A DNA stretch of 57,073 bases, taken from NCBI GenBank assembly GCA_965662235.1, contig CBFIGY010000018.1, forward strand, positions 1 to 57,073, in the 5' to 3' direction. The notes beneath the pieces are model-generated. The model saw only the letters and a program-made list of their open reading frames with translations. It ran no database searches and was not told the origin of the DNA. The position numbers and the translations under genes were made by a program. The DNA is from an uncultured bacterium. Its GTDB lineage: Bacteria; SAR324; NAC60-12. Below, one piece after another: positions 55,948-57,073 of this stretch. Within the stretch, counting starts at the first letter, position 1; each line of letters starts with the position of its first letter.

Positions 55948-56131
55948 ATGGCTTAATCAACCGCCACCTACCTTTGGAAGCATCCAGGCTCTGCGCCGGG
56001 AAATCACCGCTTTGCAAGCAGAGGGTGAAGCCTCAGTAGTATGCTGGGGGAAAAACGCGTCAGGGCAGCTGGGTGACAACTCCCAAACTGATGCCATGAT
56101 CCCGGTTCCGGTCGGGGTCAAAGCGGATTAG
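55948..56131 (+). pseudogene. RCC1-repeat remnant
   Basis: Single repeat VVCWGKNASGQLGD.....IPVPV; too short for a propeller. Confidence 0.5.
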
Positions 56132-56182
56132 ACGGCGAGAAGGCTTTGCGGAGAGTATTAGACGGCGAGAAGGCTTCGCGGA
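56127..56182. repeat. Tandem direct repeat, 26 bp unit with 30 bp period
   Basis: attagacggcgagaaggctt(t/c)gcgga at 56127 and 56157. Confidence 0.85.
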
Positions 56183-56264
56183 TGGCGCCTAGGCAGAAGC
56201 CCCTCAGCTCTTCTGGTGGAGGAAAAAACGGTGGGCTCCGGAAGTAAAGGCAGGGGTCTTTTTC

Positions 56265-57073
56265 TCAGAGAGCCACCTGAAGCGCTTCACGAACGCTCTT
56301 GCGGTAGGCGGACCACCCGGGCAGAATGCCGAGTATTGCTCCGGAGCCGATCAACAGCAGCGCCATCCTGAATTCAGGCCACGCCAGTTGAACTGGCAGG
56401 AACAGGCCACTCTGTTGTGCAAAGCCCCAGGAGAGAGCCAGTGCACCGACCCACCCCAAAGCCAGCCCCAGGAGGACCCCCACCAGAACCATGGAGCCAA
56501 CGTGGAGCCAGATTCCTAGAAAGATGAAGGTTCTTGAGGCGCCCAAAGCCCGAAGCAACGCTAACTGAGAACGTCGCAGCTCAAGGGTCATGAGCACGGT
56601 GATCCAGACGGCAGCAATGACCAGCACCTGAGTGGCCCAAGCCAGCAAGCTCATGGCGTCTCGTACGTCACCAAGCGTCTGGTACAGCTCCACCAGCACC
56701 TCTGCAGGAAAAAACGCCTGTGTTTCCGTGGTCCGGTAAGCAGCTCTTAACTGATAGGCCTCTGCCACGCCACGAGGCTTCACCACGATGGAAGGAACCC
56801 CTGGCGCCTCTTCTCCTGCAGAGTCATGATTTCCCTCAGAATCAGAATGTTCTGGCGAAAAATGGTCTTCCAGCGAGCGCCCGTACCCGGAAGGCTCGTA
56901 GGACATCCCGTGGGCATGCCACACTGCCTCAACCGGAACCAAGATCGCCCAATCCCAAGGGGTCCCTTGGGGAGCCAGGCGCCCTACCACGGTGAACGGA
57001 GTGGCATCATGCTCTGTCGTGCTGGACCCCATCTGATGCTGAATCCGAACCTGGTCTGGGGTTCCGTGGCTTG
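56265..57073 (-). CDS. FtsX/MacB-like ABC permease (partial, 5' end outside the window)
   Basis: Frame open to the window edge; VVGRLAPQGTPWD, RRSQLALLRALGA, C-terminal TMs, His-rich periplasmic insert. Confidence 0.85.
   Translation of the reverse strand, partial: SHGTPDQVRIQHQMGSSTTEHDATPFTVVGRLAPQGTPWDWAILVPVEAVWHAHGMSYEPSGYGRSLEDHFSPEHSDSEGNHDSAGEEAPGVPSIVVKPRGVAEAYQLRAAYRTTETQAFFPAEVLVELYQTLGDVRDAMSLLAWATQVLVIAAVWITVLMTLELRRSQLALLRALGASRTFIFLGIWLHVGSMVLVGVLLGLALGWVGALALSWGFAQQSGLFLPVQLAWPEFRMALLLIGSGAILGILPGWSAYRKSVREALQVAL

Noticed and set aside
56127..56182. Possible CRISPR array
   Set aside because: Only two units with a 4-bp spacer and no cas genes in the window

Overview
57 kb of GC-rich (about 60% by eye) Gram-negative bacterial chromosome. 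The gene style is deltaproteobacteria-like (SAR324-like is only a tentative guess). Left to right: inositol catabolism (partial ALDH, iolG), purU and a small phasin-like gene; a ~13 kb redox island; sbcCD, fdhD, a ROK/DUF1479/sugar-ABC locus, a periplasmic-binding-protein/ChiS-like DNA-binding/CHASE5-like kinase signalling cluster, an AKR, ccmF/ccmG, zapB-like, dxs, thrC, lpxL-like, an acyl-CoA ligase, tRNA-Leu(GAG), two tandem CPA2 antiporter paralogues and a partial FtsX-type permease. The redox island (3280-15868) is the best candidate for an undescribed system. It carries 12 CxxCH motifs in 7 genes, an SHP-DHC-cytochrome b module, three micro-lipoproteins with DxDxDG motifs, an odd Rieske protein and a putative porin plus cytochrome lipoproteins. 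It also encodes a sigma54 activator with a duplicated HTH, and three candidate -24/-12 promoters are each preceded by (T)GGG(G) repeat arrays. Across the window, the palindrome TCCGGA looks strongly over-represented. All calls come from reading the sequence and recalling motifs; no database searches were run.
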